IMG/VR virus record: IMGVR_UViG_3300023210_002494
Direction: 5' to 3' (one strand)
Source of the DNA: an uncultured virus (IMG/VR IMGVR_UViG_3300023210_002494)
Taxonomy: Duplodnaviria > Heunggongvirae > Uroviricota > Caudoviricetes
Length of the DNA stretch: 64,000 nt
Part shown: positions 1-10,054 of the stretch, piece by piece
Layout: the number at the start of each line of letters is the position of its first letter
Numbering within the stretch: position 1 is the first letter of the stretch
Notes under the pieces: model-generated
The model's input: the letters and a program-made list of their open reading frames with translations, nothing else
Databases searched by the model: none
What the model was told of the DNA's origin: nothing
Position numbers and translations under genes: made by a program

Positions 1-160
1 CTTTTATAGAATTTACTAAGGATTTTTGATTTTCTGTTTTACACTTAACATTTATGGTCATAGTGTCAGTCATTCTAATTTCTTCAGTGTTATTTTGGTA
101 AATCCACTCTTCTACTTCTTGTTGTTCATCTCTACTTAATTTTTTACTTCTTCTTCCCAT
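1..160 (-). CDS. phoH: PhoH-family protein, N-terminal part (runs off the window start)
   Basis: Not in ORF track. Manual translation from ATG at 160: MGRRSKKLSRDEQQEVEEWIYQNNTEEIRMTDTMTINVKCKTENQKSLVNSIK. KTENQKxLVxxI resembles the start of the PhoH ATPase domain; Walker A lies outside the window. Confidence 0.6.
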   Translation of the reverse strand, partial: MGRRSKKLSRDEQQEVEEWIYQNNTEEIRMTDTMTINVKCKTENQKSLVNSIK

Positions 161-178
161 TATTATTTATTTAAATTT

Positions 179-1093
179 TTATTTTCTACAATTTTCATAA
201 TTATCTATAAACCAATCTATAGTTTCTTTTAAACCTTTATCTAAACTAGTAAATTTAAAATCCGGTAAGTAAGATAATAATTTACTATTATCACTAGGTT
301 TTCTAAATTGTCCATCAGGTTTATCATCCTCCCAAACTACGTCACCAGTAAAAGACATGTGTTTAACAATCAAACCAACCACATCTCTTATTGAAACTTC
401 TTGTGAGGTAGAAAATATAATAGGTTCTTCCTCTTCATAGTTTTTTAAAACCCATTCTGTTAATTTTCCTACATCTTTAGAAAAAATAAATTCTCTTAAA
501 GGTTTACCACTACCCCATATTTTAAAAGGTGTGTTATTTTTTTTAGCCAAATAACATTTATGAATTAATGAAGGCACAACATGCCCATTAACCAAATCAA
601 AATTATCGTTAGGTCCATATATGTTAGTTGGTATAACTGATACGTAATTAAGACCGTATTGTTCTCTGTATGCACGAATTTGTATATCAGCCATACGTTT
701 TGCATATGAGTAAGCATCGTTTGAGGTGTGTGGTGGACCCAAATGAATTTTCTTTTCAGTCAGTGGATACTCAACATCATTAGGGAACACACAAGTAGAT
801 AAAAAACAAACTAATTTTTTTACACCGTATTTCCTACATGATTCTATAACATTAGTATTAATCATTATGTTATCGTAGAAAAATTCTCCCTTCATATTCA
901 TATTACCACCTAAACCACCTACCCTACCAGCACAATGTATAACATTATCTGGTTGTAGGTCCGAAAATAGTTTATTGGTTACAGATGTATCTCGTAAATC
1001 AAAACTACTACCAACCTTAAGGGTGTTACCGGTTATTGAAGAACCAACTAACCCACTACCACCAGTAACTAAAGTAACTAAATTATTTTTCAT
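179..1093 (-). CDS. fcl: GDP-L-fucose synthase / GDP-colitose synthase (ColC)-type epimerase-reductase
   Basis: TGGSGLVG Rossmann motif, AGRVGG, STCVFP (catalytic Cys), YSYAKR, PTNIYGPNDNF, HVVPSL, WGSGKPLREF; adjacent to gmd. Confidence 0.92.
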   Translation of the reverse strand: MKNNLVTLVTGGSGLVGSSITGNTLKVGSSFDLRDTSVTNKLFSDLQPDNVIHCAGRVGGLGGNMNMKGEFFYDNIMINTNVIESCRKYGVKKLVCFLSTCVFPNDVEYPLTEKKIHLGPPHTSNDAYSYAKRMADIQIRAYREQYGLNYVSVIPTNIYGPNDNFDLVNGHVVPSLIHKCYLAKKNNTPFKIWGSGKPLREFIFSKDVGKLTEWVLKNYEEEEPIIFSTSQEVSIRDVVGLIVKHMSFTGDVVWEDDKPDGQFRKPSDNSKLLSYLPDFKFTSLDKGLKETIDWFIDNYENCRK

Positions 1094-2057
1094 AATATTC
1101 TACCCAATACTCAATCATCTCGTCCATCATAGACTCGAAGTTATAATTAGGTGACCAACCCAAATCCTTTTTAATTTTAGAACAATCACCTTTTAAGTGT
1201 TTTAGTTCTTCGGGTCTAAGATATTTTTCATCCACAGATACATATTTGGACCAATCCAACCCTAATGAGTTGAACACGTACTCTACCAAGTCTTTTACAC
1301 TATGAGAAACACCAGTCGAACAAACATAATCACCAGGTTTATCCTGTTGTAACATTAACCACATCGCTTCAACGTAATCTTTAGCGTGACCCCAATCCCG
1401 ACTAGCATCTAAATTACCTAATTTTAATTCATCAGACAACCCCAATTTTATTTTTACAGCCTCTTTCGCGACTTTATTTGTTACAAAATTAATTCCTCTT
1501 CTAGGTGATTCGTGGTTAAATAAAATACCATTAGAAATGAACATATTATACGAGTTTCTATAATTTCTACATATGTTGTAACCAAAAACCTTAGCACAAC
1601 CATATGGTGAAACAGGGTTAAGTGGTGTGGTCTCTCGTTGGTACCCATCCTCATCAATACTATTACCAAACATTTCTGAAGAACTGGCTTGGTATACTTT
1701 AATTTTAGGGTCAGTTAATCTAACAGCTTCTAGTAAATTTAAAACACCTAGACCAGTTACATTAGAAGTATATATTGGTTGGTCAAAACTAATCCTAACA
1801 TGAGATTGTGCAGCTAGATTATAAATTTCATCAGGTACACATTTTTGAATTACACTTATTATAGACGAAAGGTCAGTTAAATCACCATAAACTAAATTCA
1901 ACTCTTTAAAAATATTATCTGGTATTCTAGCTGTTTGATTTTCGGCCACAGAATTACGTTTTAGTATACCCCAAACCTCATAACCCTTATCCAATAAAAA
2001 TTCAGCAAGATAAGAACCATCCTGACCGTTAATACCTGTTATTAGTGCTGTTTTCAT
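1083..2057 (-). CDS. gmd: GDP-mannose 4,6-dehydratase
   Basis: ALITGINGQDGSYLAEFLL, YNLAAQSHV, YQASSSEMFG, SPYGCAK, GILFNHESPRRG, LGNLDASRDWGHAKDYV. Confidence 0.97.
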   Translation of the reverse strand: MKTALITGINGQDGSYLAEFLLDKGYEVWGILKRNSVAENQTARIPDNIFKELNLVYGDLTDLSSIISVIQKCVPDEIYNLAAQSHVRISFDQPIYTSNVTGLGVLNLLEAVRLTDPKIKVYQASSSEMFGNSIDEDGYQRETTPLNPVSPYGCAKVFGYNICRNYRNSYNMFISNGILFNHESPRRGINFVTNKVAKEAVKIKLGLSDELKLGNLDASRDWGHAKDYVEAMWLMLQQDKPGDYVCSTGVSHSVKDLVEYVFNSLGLDWSKYVSVDEKYLRPEELKHLKGDCSKIKKDLGWSPNYNFESMMDEMIEYWVEYYEK

Positions 2058-2497
2058 TTTTTTAATTTTTTAAAAATATATTTTATTACTGAATGTGCGG
2101 TCTCTGGAGCTTCTGTAAACCAACCATACTCATTATGTTCACTATCTAGAGATACGACACCACTTTTTATTTTTAAAGTAAAGCAGACATTAATTGTGTG
2201 TACTGGTATATCATTAGGTCCTGTTGTAAATGATGTTTGGGTGATGTCTAACATTTCTAAAACTTCACAAAGTAAACCAGTCTCCTCTTTTATCTTTCTA
2301 ATAATAGCATCTTCCAATCTTTCACCTTTTAAAACACGACCACCAGGAAACCACCATTTACCTTTTTCAGGTTCATTATCCCTTAATAATAAAAGTGTCT
2401 CATCCCCTTTTTGTATAATCCCATCTACACAAATTATAGGCATGGTACTCAAAATTTCATTATATAAGTCTTGGGGTATTGGTTTTGCCTCACTCAT
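2054..2497 (-). CDS. gmm: Nudix hydrolase, GDP-mannose mannosyl hydrolase (Gmm/WcaH)-like
   Basis: PIICVDGII, R-x-NEP-x-KG-x-W-x-FPGGRV-x-KGE modified Nudix box; next to gmd as in enterobacterial GDP-sugar loci. Confidence 0.75.
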   Translation of the reverse strand: MSEAKPIPQDLYNEILSTMPIICVDGIIQKGDETLLLLRDNEPEKGKWWFPGGRVLKGERLEDAIIRKIKEETGLLCEVLEMLDITQTSFTTGPNDIPVHTINVCFTLKIKSGVVSLDSEHNEYGWFTEAPETAHSVIKYIFKKLKK

Positions 2498-3651
2498 TAT
2501 ACTATGGAGTTTAAGACGTTACAAACTTTTTTTATTTCTTCTTCTGACATTTCGTGATTATTAGGTAGATATAATCCAAAGGTATCTATATCATCTACAT
2601 TAGGTAACTTATTTATACCATATTTTTTATACCAATAGGGTTGTTTACCTAAAGAACCAGCTAGTAATGGTCTGTTTTCTATATTATTATCATTTAATAG
2701 TTTTACTAACTCATTTCTTTTTTCGTGTATTATTGGAAAAGCGAAATTTGAAATGTAATCAGTGTCTCTTAGCTTTGGTTTCCAAAAAGAGTCATCCAAT
2801 AATTCATAATATAGTTTAAAATTATCACACCTATTTTTTACCACCATAGGTAATTTTTCTAATTGACCTATACCAAGAAAAGCCTGAAGGTCGGTGGACC
2901 GTAAATTAAATCCAGTGTGGTAAAAAGTATATTGTGTATTAAAATCATCCACATTATATTCTTTACGTAATTTTTCTTGAGCATTTGTATCCATGTCTCT
3001 AGCCCAACCATGACTTCTAAGTGATTTTAATAAGTTAGCAAAATCATCATCATTAGTACAAACCATACCACCTTCGATAGTAGATATGTGATGACCAAAA
3101 TAAGTTGAAAAAGTCGACATTAACCCAAAAGAACCTAATTTTTTATCATTAAATTTAGAACCTAAAGACTCACAAGCATCCTCAATTAAAACAACGTTAT
3201 ATTTTTCACAGATATCCATTATTTTATCCATTTGTGGTACTAGACCTAATATAGGTACAATCATCATACATTTAGGTTGTCTATCTTTAATTAAAGACAC
3301 CAGATGCTCTAAATCTACCGATAAATCTTCCTTATTACAATCACATAAAACTGGGTTAAGTCCAAACTGTATAGCTGGTGCTAAACTTGTAGACCAGGAT
3401 AGTGAAGGTATTATAATATCATCACCTATTTTTAAAATACCTGATTCTATTAACGCATAAACCATAACTAGATTAGCAGAAGAACCAGAATTAACAAAAA
3501 TAGAATGCTTTACACCCATAAATTTAGACCATAACTGTTCAAACTCTATTGTTAAATCGCCTTTAGTTAATCTAGGGTACGTTTTTAACCACTCTATTAA
3601 TTTATCTATATCTTCTTTATTTATTGTATTTTTGACTAATGGTATATTCAT
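2497..3651 (-). CDS. PLP-dependent DegT-family enzyme, ColD-like GDP-4-keto-6-deoxymannose 3-dehydratase
   Basis: VNSGSSANL, EDACESLG, and STYFGHHISTIEGG with His at the usual Schiff-base Lys position; 384 aa with no obvious E1-type Fe-S insertion. Confidence 0.8.
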   Translation of the reverse strand: MNIPLVKNTINKEDIDKLIEWLKTYPRLTKGDLTIEFEQLWSKFMGVKHSIFVNSGSSANLVMVYALIESGILKIGDDIIIPSLSWSTSLAPAIQFGLNPVLCDCNKEDLSVDLEHLVSLIKDRQPKCMMIVPILGLVPQMDKIMDICEKYNVVLIEDACESLGSKFNDKKLGSFGLMSTFSTYFGHHISTIEGGMVCTNDDDFANLLKSLRSHGWARDMDTNAQEKLRKEYNVDDFNTQYTFYHTGFNLRSTDLQAFLGIGQLEKLPMVVKNRCDNFKLYYELLDDSFWKPKLRDTDYISNFAFPIIHEKRNELVKLLNDNNIENRPLLAGSLGKQPYWYKKYGINKLPNVDDIDTFGLYLPNNHEMSEEEIKKVCNVLNSIV

Positions 3652-4748
3652 TTCTTTTTAAAAAATTCTTTAATTGTTTTAATAACATAATTTTGTTCCT
3701 CATCTGTTAAGTTATAACTGGATGGTAACGACAAACCTTTATCATACATTTCACTACTAATATTAAAGTCCCCACTAGTATCTAAAACGTTTTTATAACA
3801 AGGTTGTAAATTAAGGGGATAAAAGAAAAACCTACTTTGTATCCCTTTTTCTAAAAGATAATCAGAAAGTTCTATTTTGTAACTAGTTAATATCGATGTA
3901 AACCAGTGAACAGGTCGGGTAGACTCAGTAAACTCAAAGAAAGATAGGTCCCCAATACCCACTAAACCACTTTTGTATTTTTCGTGACAAGTATTTTTTC
4001 TATCTATTATTCTATCTAATTTTTCCATTTGAGATATCCCAATAGCGGCTTGCATTTCAGTAAAACAAAAATTAAAACCTATATGCTCGTGTTCAAAAAT
4101 ACCCTTTCTATCCCTACCGTGATTTTTTAACCTATAACATTCTTTAGCTATTTCATCATCGTCTGTTAAAATAACACCCCCTTCACCACAAGTAATTGTT
4201 TTATTACCATAAAAAGAAAGTATCCCGCAATCCCCAAAAGTACCAACATGTTTACCACCAGAAAAAACACCAACACCCTGTGCCGCATCCTCTAATATTT
4301 TTAAATTATATTTTTTAGCTATTTCTGTAATTGATTTCATATCAGCACTTTGACCATATAGGTGTACTGGCATTATTATCTTAGTTTTCTTAGTTATGCA
4401 TTTCTCTAATTCAACAGGGTCCAAACACAAAGTGTCTTTAGTTACCTCACATAATACAGGTACCCCATTAGCCATTAAAACAGCGTTTGAACTAGCTATA
4501 AAAGTCAGATTAGGTACAATTACTTCGTCACCAGGTTTAAGTCCTAAAGCTAATAGGCAAGAATATAAAGCCATAGTACCATTAGTCATGGCTACAGCGT
4601 GTTTACTACCAGTATACTCCTTAATTACAGACTCAAATTCCTTAGTTAGTTCGTGTTCCACAACATAGGTAGAATCCACCACTCTCTTTAAGTGTTTTAA
4701 TTCATTATCGTCTATCCAAGGCTCAATTTGCGGAATAAAGTCCCTCAT
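3648..4748 (-). CDS. DegT/DnrJ/EryC1/StrS aminotransferase, GDP-perosamine synthase-like
   Basis: NGTMAL, PVHLYGQ, EDAAQ, SFYGNKTITCGEGG (Lys retained). Likely start is ATG 4748 (MRDFIPQIEPW), overlapping the upstream gene. Confidence 0.8.
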   Translation of the reverse strand: MRDFIPQIEPWIDDNELKHLKRVVDSTYVVEHELTKEFESVIKEYTGSKHAVAMTNGTMALYSCLLALGLKPGDEVIVPNLTFIASSNAVLMANGVPVLCEVTKDTLCLDPVELEKCITKKTKIIMPVHLYGQSADMKSITEIAKKYNLKILEDAAQGVGVFSGGKHVGTFGDCGILSFYGNKTITCGEGGVILTDDDEIAKECYRLKNHGRDRKGIFEHEHIGFNFCFTEMQAAIGISQMEKLDRIIDRKNTCHEKYKSGLVGIGDLSFFEFTESTRPVHWFTSILTSYKIELSDYLLEKGIQSRFFFYPLNLQPCYKNVLDTSGDFNISSEMYDKGLSLPSSYNLTDEEQNYVIKTIKEFFKKK

Positions 4749-5109
4749 ATGATTTTTGTTCTTTAATGTTAGATTCACAAGCATTATTTATTTCATTCTT
4801 AATTAAAAATCTTTCGTCGTTTAACTTAGCGTCTAGTCTTGCACATTTAACAAATTCATCGTCAAATAAATTCCTATTTTCCCTATCACGTATAATATCT
4901 TCAGCATCCCACAATTTTAAATTAACTTCTTTAAGTTTTTCTATTAGATTTATAGGTACCACTATTTTTGATTCTGTAAGCGTATTTTCTAAAACCAATA
5001 ATTCATGCTTTATATGTTCTAGTTTTAATAAATCTATAATTTTTTCTTCTTTAATCTGTAGTATGGTAATCTTATCAACCACTTCTCCTATTGAAACCTC
5101 TATTTTCAT
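4723..5109 (-). CDS. DUF6165-like protein
   Basis: VSIGEVVDKITILQIK, VNLKLWDAED, NDERFLIKNEIN, IKEQKSY pattern recalled for this family. Confidence 0.7.
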   Translation of the reverse strand: MKIEVSIGEVVDKITILQIKEEKIIDLLKLEHIKHELLVLENTLTESKIVVPINLIEKLKEVNLKLWDAEDIIRDRENRNLFDDEFVKCARLDAKLNDERFLIKNEINNACESNIKEQKSYEGLYSAN

Positions 5110-6014
5110 AATATTCCTTTTTCTTTTAATCTTTTATTTGTTAATTTTTGTAAAGCATAAAATTTAGACCCCTCTTGTATTGGTAAATGTTTTTTACTTG
5201 AGTTATGCCAGTGCCAAGCAAATGAATCTAAAAATAAATGTTTGTCCCCAACACCATTATTAATAAACCAACCACTTTCTATATCTTCACTTAATTTAAC
5301 ATCTTTTTTACTAATTAACCATTCCGTATTAAAAAATGGTGATGGAAAAATAGTAAAATTAGGCCATTTTTTCCATAACGTAGCGAACAAATCTTTACCC
5401 CATATTGTAGTAGCTGGAATAATTCTAGACTCTACTATTCCTTGTAATAGTTTAAACATAAACTCACTTTCTTTAAAACCGGAAAGTACCGTAGCACAAG
5501 CTCCCTGGTTTGAAAAATCGGTATCACCACCCCATTGGTACATATATTCTTGGTCTAAGATAGGTCTAAAGTCCCTTAAAAATATAATATCCATATCAAC
5601 CCACACACCCCCATACTTATAAAGAACTAATATTCTTAATAAATCACTTTGTAGGTAGTGTTTATCATCTATAGCATCTAAATGTGGTATACCTTCTAAA
5701 ACAGTACCCTCAGCTTCTTTTTTAGCGTCCCATAAACGTAAATCTAAATATTTTTTATATTTTTGGATTAGTGGATTATCGTTTATATCGTAATCCGACC
5801 AAATTATAAGCTTACATTTATCTAGGTTTTGTGTAGCCAAAAAAGACTTTAAACATTCTACCTCTTTATCTGTTCTAAATTCGGTGTATATGTGAAATAA
5901 AGTTACGTTTTCTGGGTAATTATAGTCTTCATTTTTTATAGTAGATAGCATGTTTTGACACGCTTCATAATCTCTATAAAGGATTGGGTTTTTATCAAAA
6001 GATATGTCTATCAT
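5106..6014 (-). CDS. DXD sugar-binding glycosyltransferase (GT32-like)
   Basis: SDLLRILVLYKYGGVWVDMD signature. Confidence 0.85.
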   Translation of the reverse strand: MIDISFDKNPILYRDYEACQNMLSTIKNEDYNYPENVTLFHIYTEFRTDKEVECLKSFLATQNLDKCKLIIWSDYDINDNPLIQKYKKYLDLRLWDAKKEAEGTVLEGIPHLDAIDDKHYLQSDLLRILVLYKYGGVWVDMDIIFLRDFRPILDQEYMYQWGGDTDFSNQGACATVLSGFKESEFMFKLLQGIVESRIIPATTIWGKDLFATLWKKWPNFTIFPSPFFNTEWLISKKDVKLSEDIESGWFINNGVGDKHLFLDSFAWHWHNSSKKHLPIQEGSKFYALQKLTNKRLKEKGIL

Positions 6015-6021
6015 AGTATTA

Positions 6022-6858
6022 TTATTTTATATTGTTAATTTTATTAAAATGATGGTCCATTGTCAAGAAATTCTTACTTGATAAAAAATTATAATGGTCA
6101 TCAAATATATTCTGTGAAATTTCACCTATTTCTAAATTAGGTAAACCATTACTTTCGAAAGACTTTTGAATTGGGCCTTTTTCCATAATTGGCACGGAAC
6201 CAACTAGTAAACATTCATAGTGTCTATGACAATCCCACCCAGCACCCCGCAAAGACAAAACAAACTTATACTTGTCCATATTTTTTAGATACTCCTCAAA
6301 AGAAAGTCTAGTTGGTTCGGTTACTACATAAGACTCTAAAGATAATTTTTCTATTATAGAATTTCTATCTTTAAACGTATTAGAATGGTGAGGTATGTAA
6401 ATTTTATTTTCTTTTTTATCCCAAGGCGTGTGGCTTTTGTAAAAATTATTTAAAATTTTAACATTACCCCCATCACGTTCACGTTCCTCAAACCCAATAG
6501 GTAACCAAACTATTTTTTCGTTGGGTTTAATGGGTGGGTTAGTACAAAACCATTTAACTAAGTTAGGGTGATTTAAAATATCCAAGTACGAACTATCCCC
6601 CTCGTCAACAGAAAAAGAAGATACCCCAGTAACTAAAATAAATTTTGTTTTTATTTGTGGTAGTATTTGTTTTTGGAACGTACCGTTATGTATAAAGTCT
6701 GTTTTTACAAAAATAACATCACCATCTTTTAATGTTTCTATGGAAAACCCATTTTTGTTCCCCCTACTTACACCACAAGAATTGTAAAATTCTTCAGAAG
6801 AATCCACACAATGAGATGCGGGTCTAGTCATAAAGTTATAATTTATTAACTCAGTCAT
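6022..6858 (-). CDS. Exostosin (GT47)-like glycosyltransferase
   Basis: YKFVLSLRGAGWDCHRHYECLLVGSVPI matches the exostosin C-terminal motif. Confidence 0.65.
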   Translation of the reverse strand: MTELINYNFMTRPASHCVDSSEEFYNSCGVSRGNKNGFSIETLKDGDVIFVKTDFIHNGTFQKQILPQIKTKFILVTGVSSFSVDEGDSSYLDILNHPNLVKWFCTNPPIKPNEKIVWLPIGFEERERDGGNVKILNNFYKSHTPWDKKENKIYIPHHSNTFKDRNSIIEKLSLESYVVTEPTRLSFEEYLKNMDKYKFVLSLRGAGWDCHRHYECLLVGSVPIMEKGPIQKSFESNGLPNLEIGEISQNIFDDHYNFLSSKNFLTMDHHFNKINNIK

Positions 6859-7558
6859 ACTTTATGACATTCCATTTTTTGTGAGTTAAGTTACCAATAG
6901 GCTGATTTCTAAAATCGTGGTAAAAAATATTATCAGTTTTAGCATAAAGGTCAATCAATGACTTCATAGAACTTTCCATACAATGTATTTCTTCAGCTTC
7001 TTCTATTAATTTTATAAAGTGAAAAATATTTTCACTAACATCATTTTCTAAAACTAATAAATTTTTATCTAAAAAATAATTACGTCTAACTTCGAACCCC
7101 CTAGATTTATCATCATGTACAAAGATAAATTTTTCTTTGTTTGGATTTAGTTTAGTAAGTAGTGTATTTTCACCTTCTTTGTCACGTTTCACGTGAAACA
7201 TATCAGTTCTAACTTCATAAGGAACGTCAACCTGTTCATAAAAAAACTCCCAACAATTCTTATCATATAATTCTTCTTGCCCAAAGGGATAATGCTCAAA
7301 ACCAATTCTCAAAAATTCACCACAATTACTATTTCTATAATATTCCTCAGCCTGCATTACCTCCTGTGGACCACCAGGAATCTCAACTACTAAAATATTA
7401 TCTTCATCCCTATACATGTAATCAATCATTTTGTAGTAATTTGGTTTAGAAAAAATATGTACTTTGTCATATTCCTTAAGGTAATTTCTAACCATACCGT
7501 TCATATCAAAATGGTCACCTAAACCTAAGTGGTGGTGTATACATAATTCATTTTTCAT
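6851..7558 (-). CDS. Putative GT-B fold glycosyltransferase (GT9-like)
   Basis: N-terminal HHLGLGD and C-terminal LIEEAEEIHCMESS resemble GT9 motifs; located inside the glycan island. Confidence 0.45.
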   Translation of the reverse strand: MKNELCIHHHLGLGDHFDMNGMVRNYLKEYDKVHIFSKPNYYKMIDYMYRDEDNILVVEIPGGPQEVMQAEEYYRNSNCGEFLRIGFEHYPFGQEELYDKNCWEFFYEQVDVPYEVRTDMFHVKRDKEGENTLLTKLNPNKEKFIFVHDDKSRGFEVRRNYFLDKNLLVLENDVSENIFHFIKLIEEAEEIHCMESSMKSLIDLYAKTDNIFYHDFRNQPIGNLTHKKWNVIKYD

Positions 7559-8157
7559 AATATTTTTTTAGTTTTGTAATTTACTATTCTCTCCTCCCAA
7601 CCCATACTAGTGTTCCATCCATGTATCCATTGTCTAGGGTGACTTGGTGGTAAGTTACTTTCAATATCGTATGTGGTTTCGAACAAAGATAATTTTTCTT
7701 TAGATAAAACTAAAGGATGTGGGTGTTTAATTGGGTCGAACACAAAAAGCTTTTCTAGTTTATTAATTTCAGTTAATATACTTTTTACTGATTGGTGTAC
7801 TTGAGTGTGGTGGTAATGACCATATTCACCGGATTCACCGTGAGTTAAAATCATAGACCATTCTTTACTTTTAATCTTTTCTAAAATAGGTATGTTTATA
7901 TCACCACGGATTGGGTTTGCTTGAGTGTTACTCCTCCATCCAGTATCTATAAAGTCTAACATTGTAGTGTTGCATTCTAGGTAGTTACTTACACTCTCTA
8001 AAAACATTGGTATCCTAAATTTACTTTGGTGGTCTGGTGTAACAACACAAAGTATATCCCACTGTCCTTTCTCTTTTAGTAGTGTTTCACCAGCCCAAAT
8101 TAACTCATCATCTGCATGAGCCACAATCATTAATTTATTTGTGTTTTTGTATTTCAT
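7555..8157 (-). CDS. PIG-L/LmbE-family N-acetyl sugar deacetylase
   Basis: VAHADDE and THGESGEYGHYHH metal-binding motifs. Confidence 0.8.
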   Translation of the reverse strand: MKYKNTNKLMIVAHADDELIWAGETLLKEKGQWDILCVVTPDHQSKFRIPMFLESVSNYLECNTTMLDFIDTGWRSNTQANPIRGDINIPILEKIKSKEWSMILTHGESGEYGHYHHTQVHQSVKSILTEINKLEKLFVFDPIKHPHPLVLSKEKLSLFETTYDIESNLPPSHPRQWIHGWNTSMGWEERIVNYKTKKIL

Positions 8158-8738
8158 TAGTATAATTCAAATTTAATATTATTATCGTTAAAAAATTTTA
8201 TTTGTTCACACTTAATTCGTGAAAATGGTCTAGGTGTTATAGGTGCTGTTTTAAAAGTTTTATCGTGATATTCGATAAGTAAGTAATTAATATAATGTAC
8301 CACCCCGGTATCTATTAATTTAGATATGACCTCAAACTCAGCCCCCTCAATGTCCATTTTAACCACTATGTAATCCTCTTTTGAAAAATTATTTTTTATA
8401 AATTCGGAGAAGTCTATGGTTGGTACATCTATTTTAGTAAAACTTACTGGTGAGGAAAGGTTTTGAATTAACTCATTCTGGTTTAGTGTGGAACCACCAC
8501 CAGTATTAATATCACACCCCGTCTCCGCTCTTGAAGATTCTACAGCAAATGGTTGTATACCATCTTCTATCCATATCGCTTTACGATGAAGTGTGACGTT
8601 GGGGGGTGCAGGAACACTAATGTTAGGGTTAGGTTCAAAAGAATGCACAACCCACCCTGAATCAACATCTAAGTCAGTTATTAATTTTTTAAGTCCTTGA
8701 AAATGATTTGCACCACAGTCTAGTAATACTTTTTTCAT
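8157..8738 (-). CDS. FkbM-family methyltransferase
   Basis: LDCGAN, SFEPNP, VKMDIEGAEFEV, IEYH. Confidence 0.85.
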   Translation of the reverse strand: MKKVLLDCGANHFQGLKKLITDLDVDSGWVVHSFEPNPNISVPAPPNVTLHRKAIWIEDGIQPFAVESSRAETGCDINTGGGSTLNQNELIQNLSSPVSFTKIDVPTIDFSEFIKNNFSKEDYIVVKMDIEGAEFEVISKLIDTGVVHYINYLLIEYHDKTFKTAPITPRPFSRIKCEQIKFFNDNNIKFELY

Positions 8739-9295
8739 ATTTTTATATTTTTCTTAAAAAATCTTATATCCCATACGGTACCCCATCTAGGGCACTCTAT
8801 AATCTCATGAGACTTAAACCCCATAACCGAAACCAACTCAAAGTTAGGAGATATAAATTTATCTATATTAATTTTATACTCTTCATCCTCCTCAACTCTA
8901 TCACCATGTAAAATATATAAACCACCAGGTTTTAAGAGTTTAAGGATAACACTAATATATTTTTCTTGTTCTTCTTGGGAAAACCTAATTCCATTCCAAC
9001 CCAAAACCCCAAAATCTAATATAGAATCAAATTTATTTTCATTACCAGGATACTTGTCCAAACATTCCTGTACGGTACAATTAAAAAAACCATCATTATT
9101 TCCACAAACTCGATTAGGTTCCAATTGCCAATATTTTACAGACTGGTTATCAATAAACCCATTACAATCAAAATTATAATCCTCAACACCTAAATCTAGG
9201 ATAGTTCCTTGATTGATGTATGCCCCTATATTATCATATATTTTTTTAATAAAAATTTTATCGGTGGCCGTAGACCAGTGTGAATGTGAACTCAT
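8735..9295 (-). CDS. Class I SAM-dependent methyltransferase-like protein
   Basis: ILDLGV, FDSILDFGVLGW, LLKPGGLYIL. Confidence 0.6.
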   Translation of the reverse strand: MSSHSHWSTATDKIFIKKIYDNIGAYINQGTILDLGVEDYNFDCNGFIDNQSVKYWQLEPNRVCGNNDGFFNCTVQECLDKYPGNENKFDSILDFGVLGWNGIRFSQEEQEKYISVILKLLKPGGLYILHGDRVEEDEEYKINIDKFISPNFELVSVMGFKSHEIIECPRWGTVWDIRFFKKNIKI

Positions 9296-9297
9296 AG

Positions 9298-10053
9298 TTA
9301 TTGGTAATTACTCATTACAGGGTAGGTTAAATCCTGGTCTATATTTTTATGGTGTTTTAAAGTTAGTGGATGATATACATGTCCGTGTAATACCGCCCAC
9401 GCAATTGGATATTTAGATTTTTCACCAGTATTAGGGTTTACATGGTTATGAGAATCTCGAGGCCATTGAGAGGGGTACTTTTTTAATTCTTCTAGGTATC
9501 CATCCATTTTTTCATTTAAAGCTTCCCACCAGTCACGAGTAAAAGGTGTATTTTTTCTACAAATCATTAACCCACAACCAATTAACTTAGTCCAGTTATT
9601 TCTTAGGTGTTGGGATGTCCACGATTTACCATCTTCACTAAGTGTGTTGGTTCTACATTTAATTGATTCTTGAGGGTCTAACCTACAATCTTCTAGACAA
9701 GCTACATGATTTGGTTCCCTTTCACCATACCCTATAGCGTACAAATCTTTATTTTCATTTAACCTATCAAAGTATTCAGTCCACGGTTTAGAAGTTTGTT
9801 TTATATCACTATAACCACCACCATAATGATGCATAAAATAACATTTTAAATAATCACCTTTTTGGATTGGTGAAAGGTAATGGTACCCTTCATGTAATGG
9901 GGATTCCGGTAATATATAATCTTTTAAATTGTCCTTATCTATGAAGACAATATTACCCCCAGGTGCTATTTTCATGGTCTCTAAGGACTTTTTTCTATTT
10001 TCTGATAGTTCGTTATCACCTGTCCACCAACAGTATGTAGTGTAGTTTTCCAT
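9298..10053 (-). CDS. Capsular-polysaccharide-synthesis / GT32-like glycosyltransferase
   Basis: YCWWTG, KGDYLKCYFMHHYGGGYSDIK (variant of SDxxRxxxLxxYGGxYxD). Confidence 0.7.
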   Translation of the reverse strand: MENYTTYCWWTGDNELSENRKKSLETMKIAPGGNIVFIDKDNLKDYILPESPLHEGYHYLSPIQKGDYLKCYFMHHYGGGYSDIKQTSKPWTEYFDRLNENKDLYAIGYGEREPNHVACLEDCRLDPQESIKCRTNTLSEDGKSWTSQHLRNNWTKLIGCGLMICRKNTPFTRDWWEALNEKMDGYLEELKKYPSQWPRDSHNHVNPNTGEKSKYPIAWAVLHGHVYHPLTLKHHKNIDQDLTYPVMSNYQ

Positions 10054-10054
10054 G

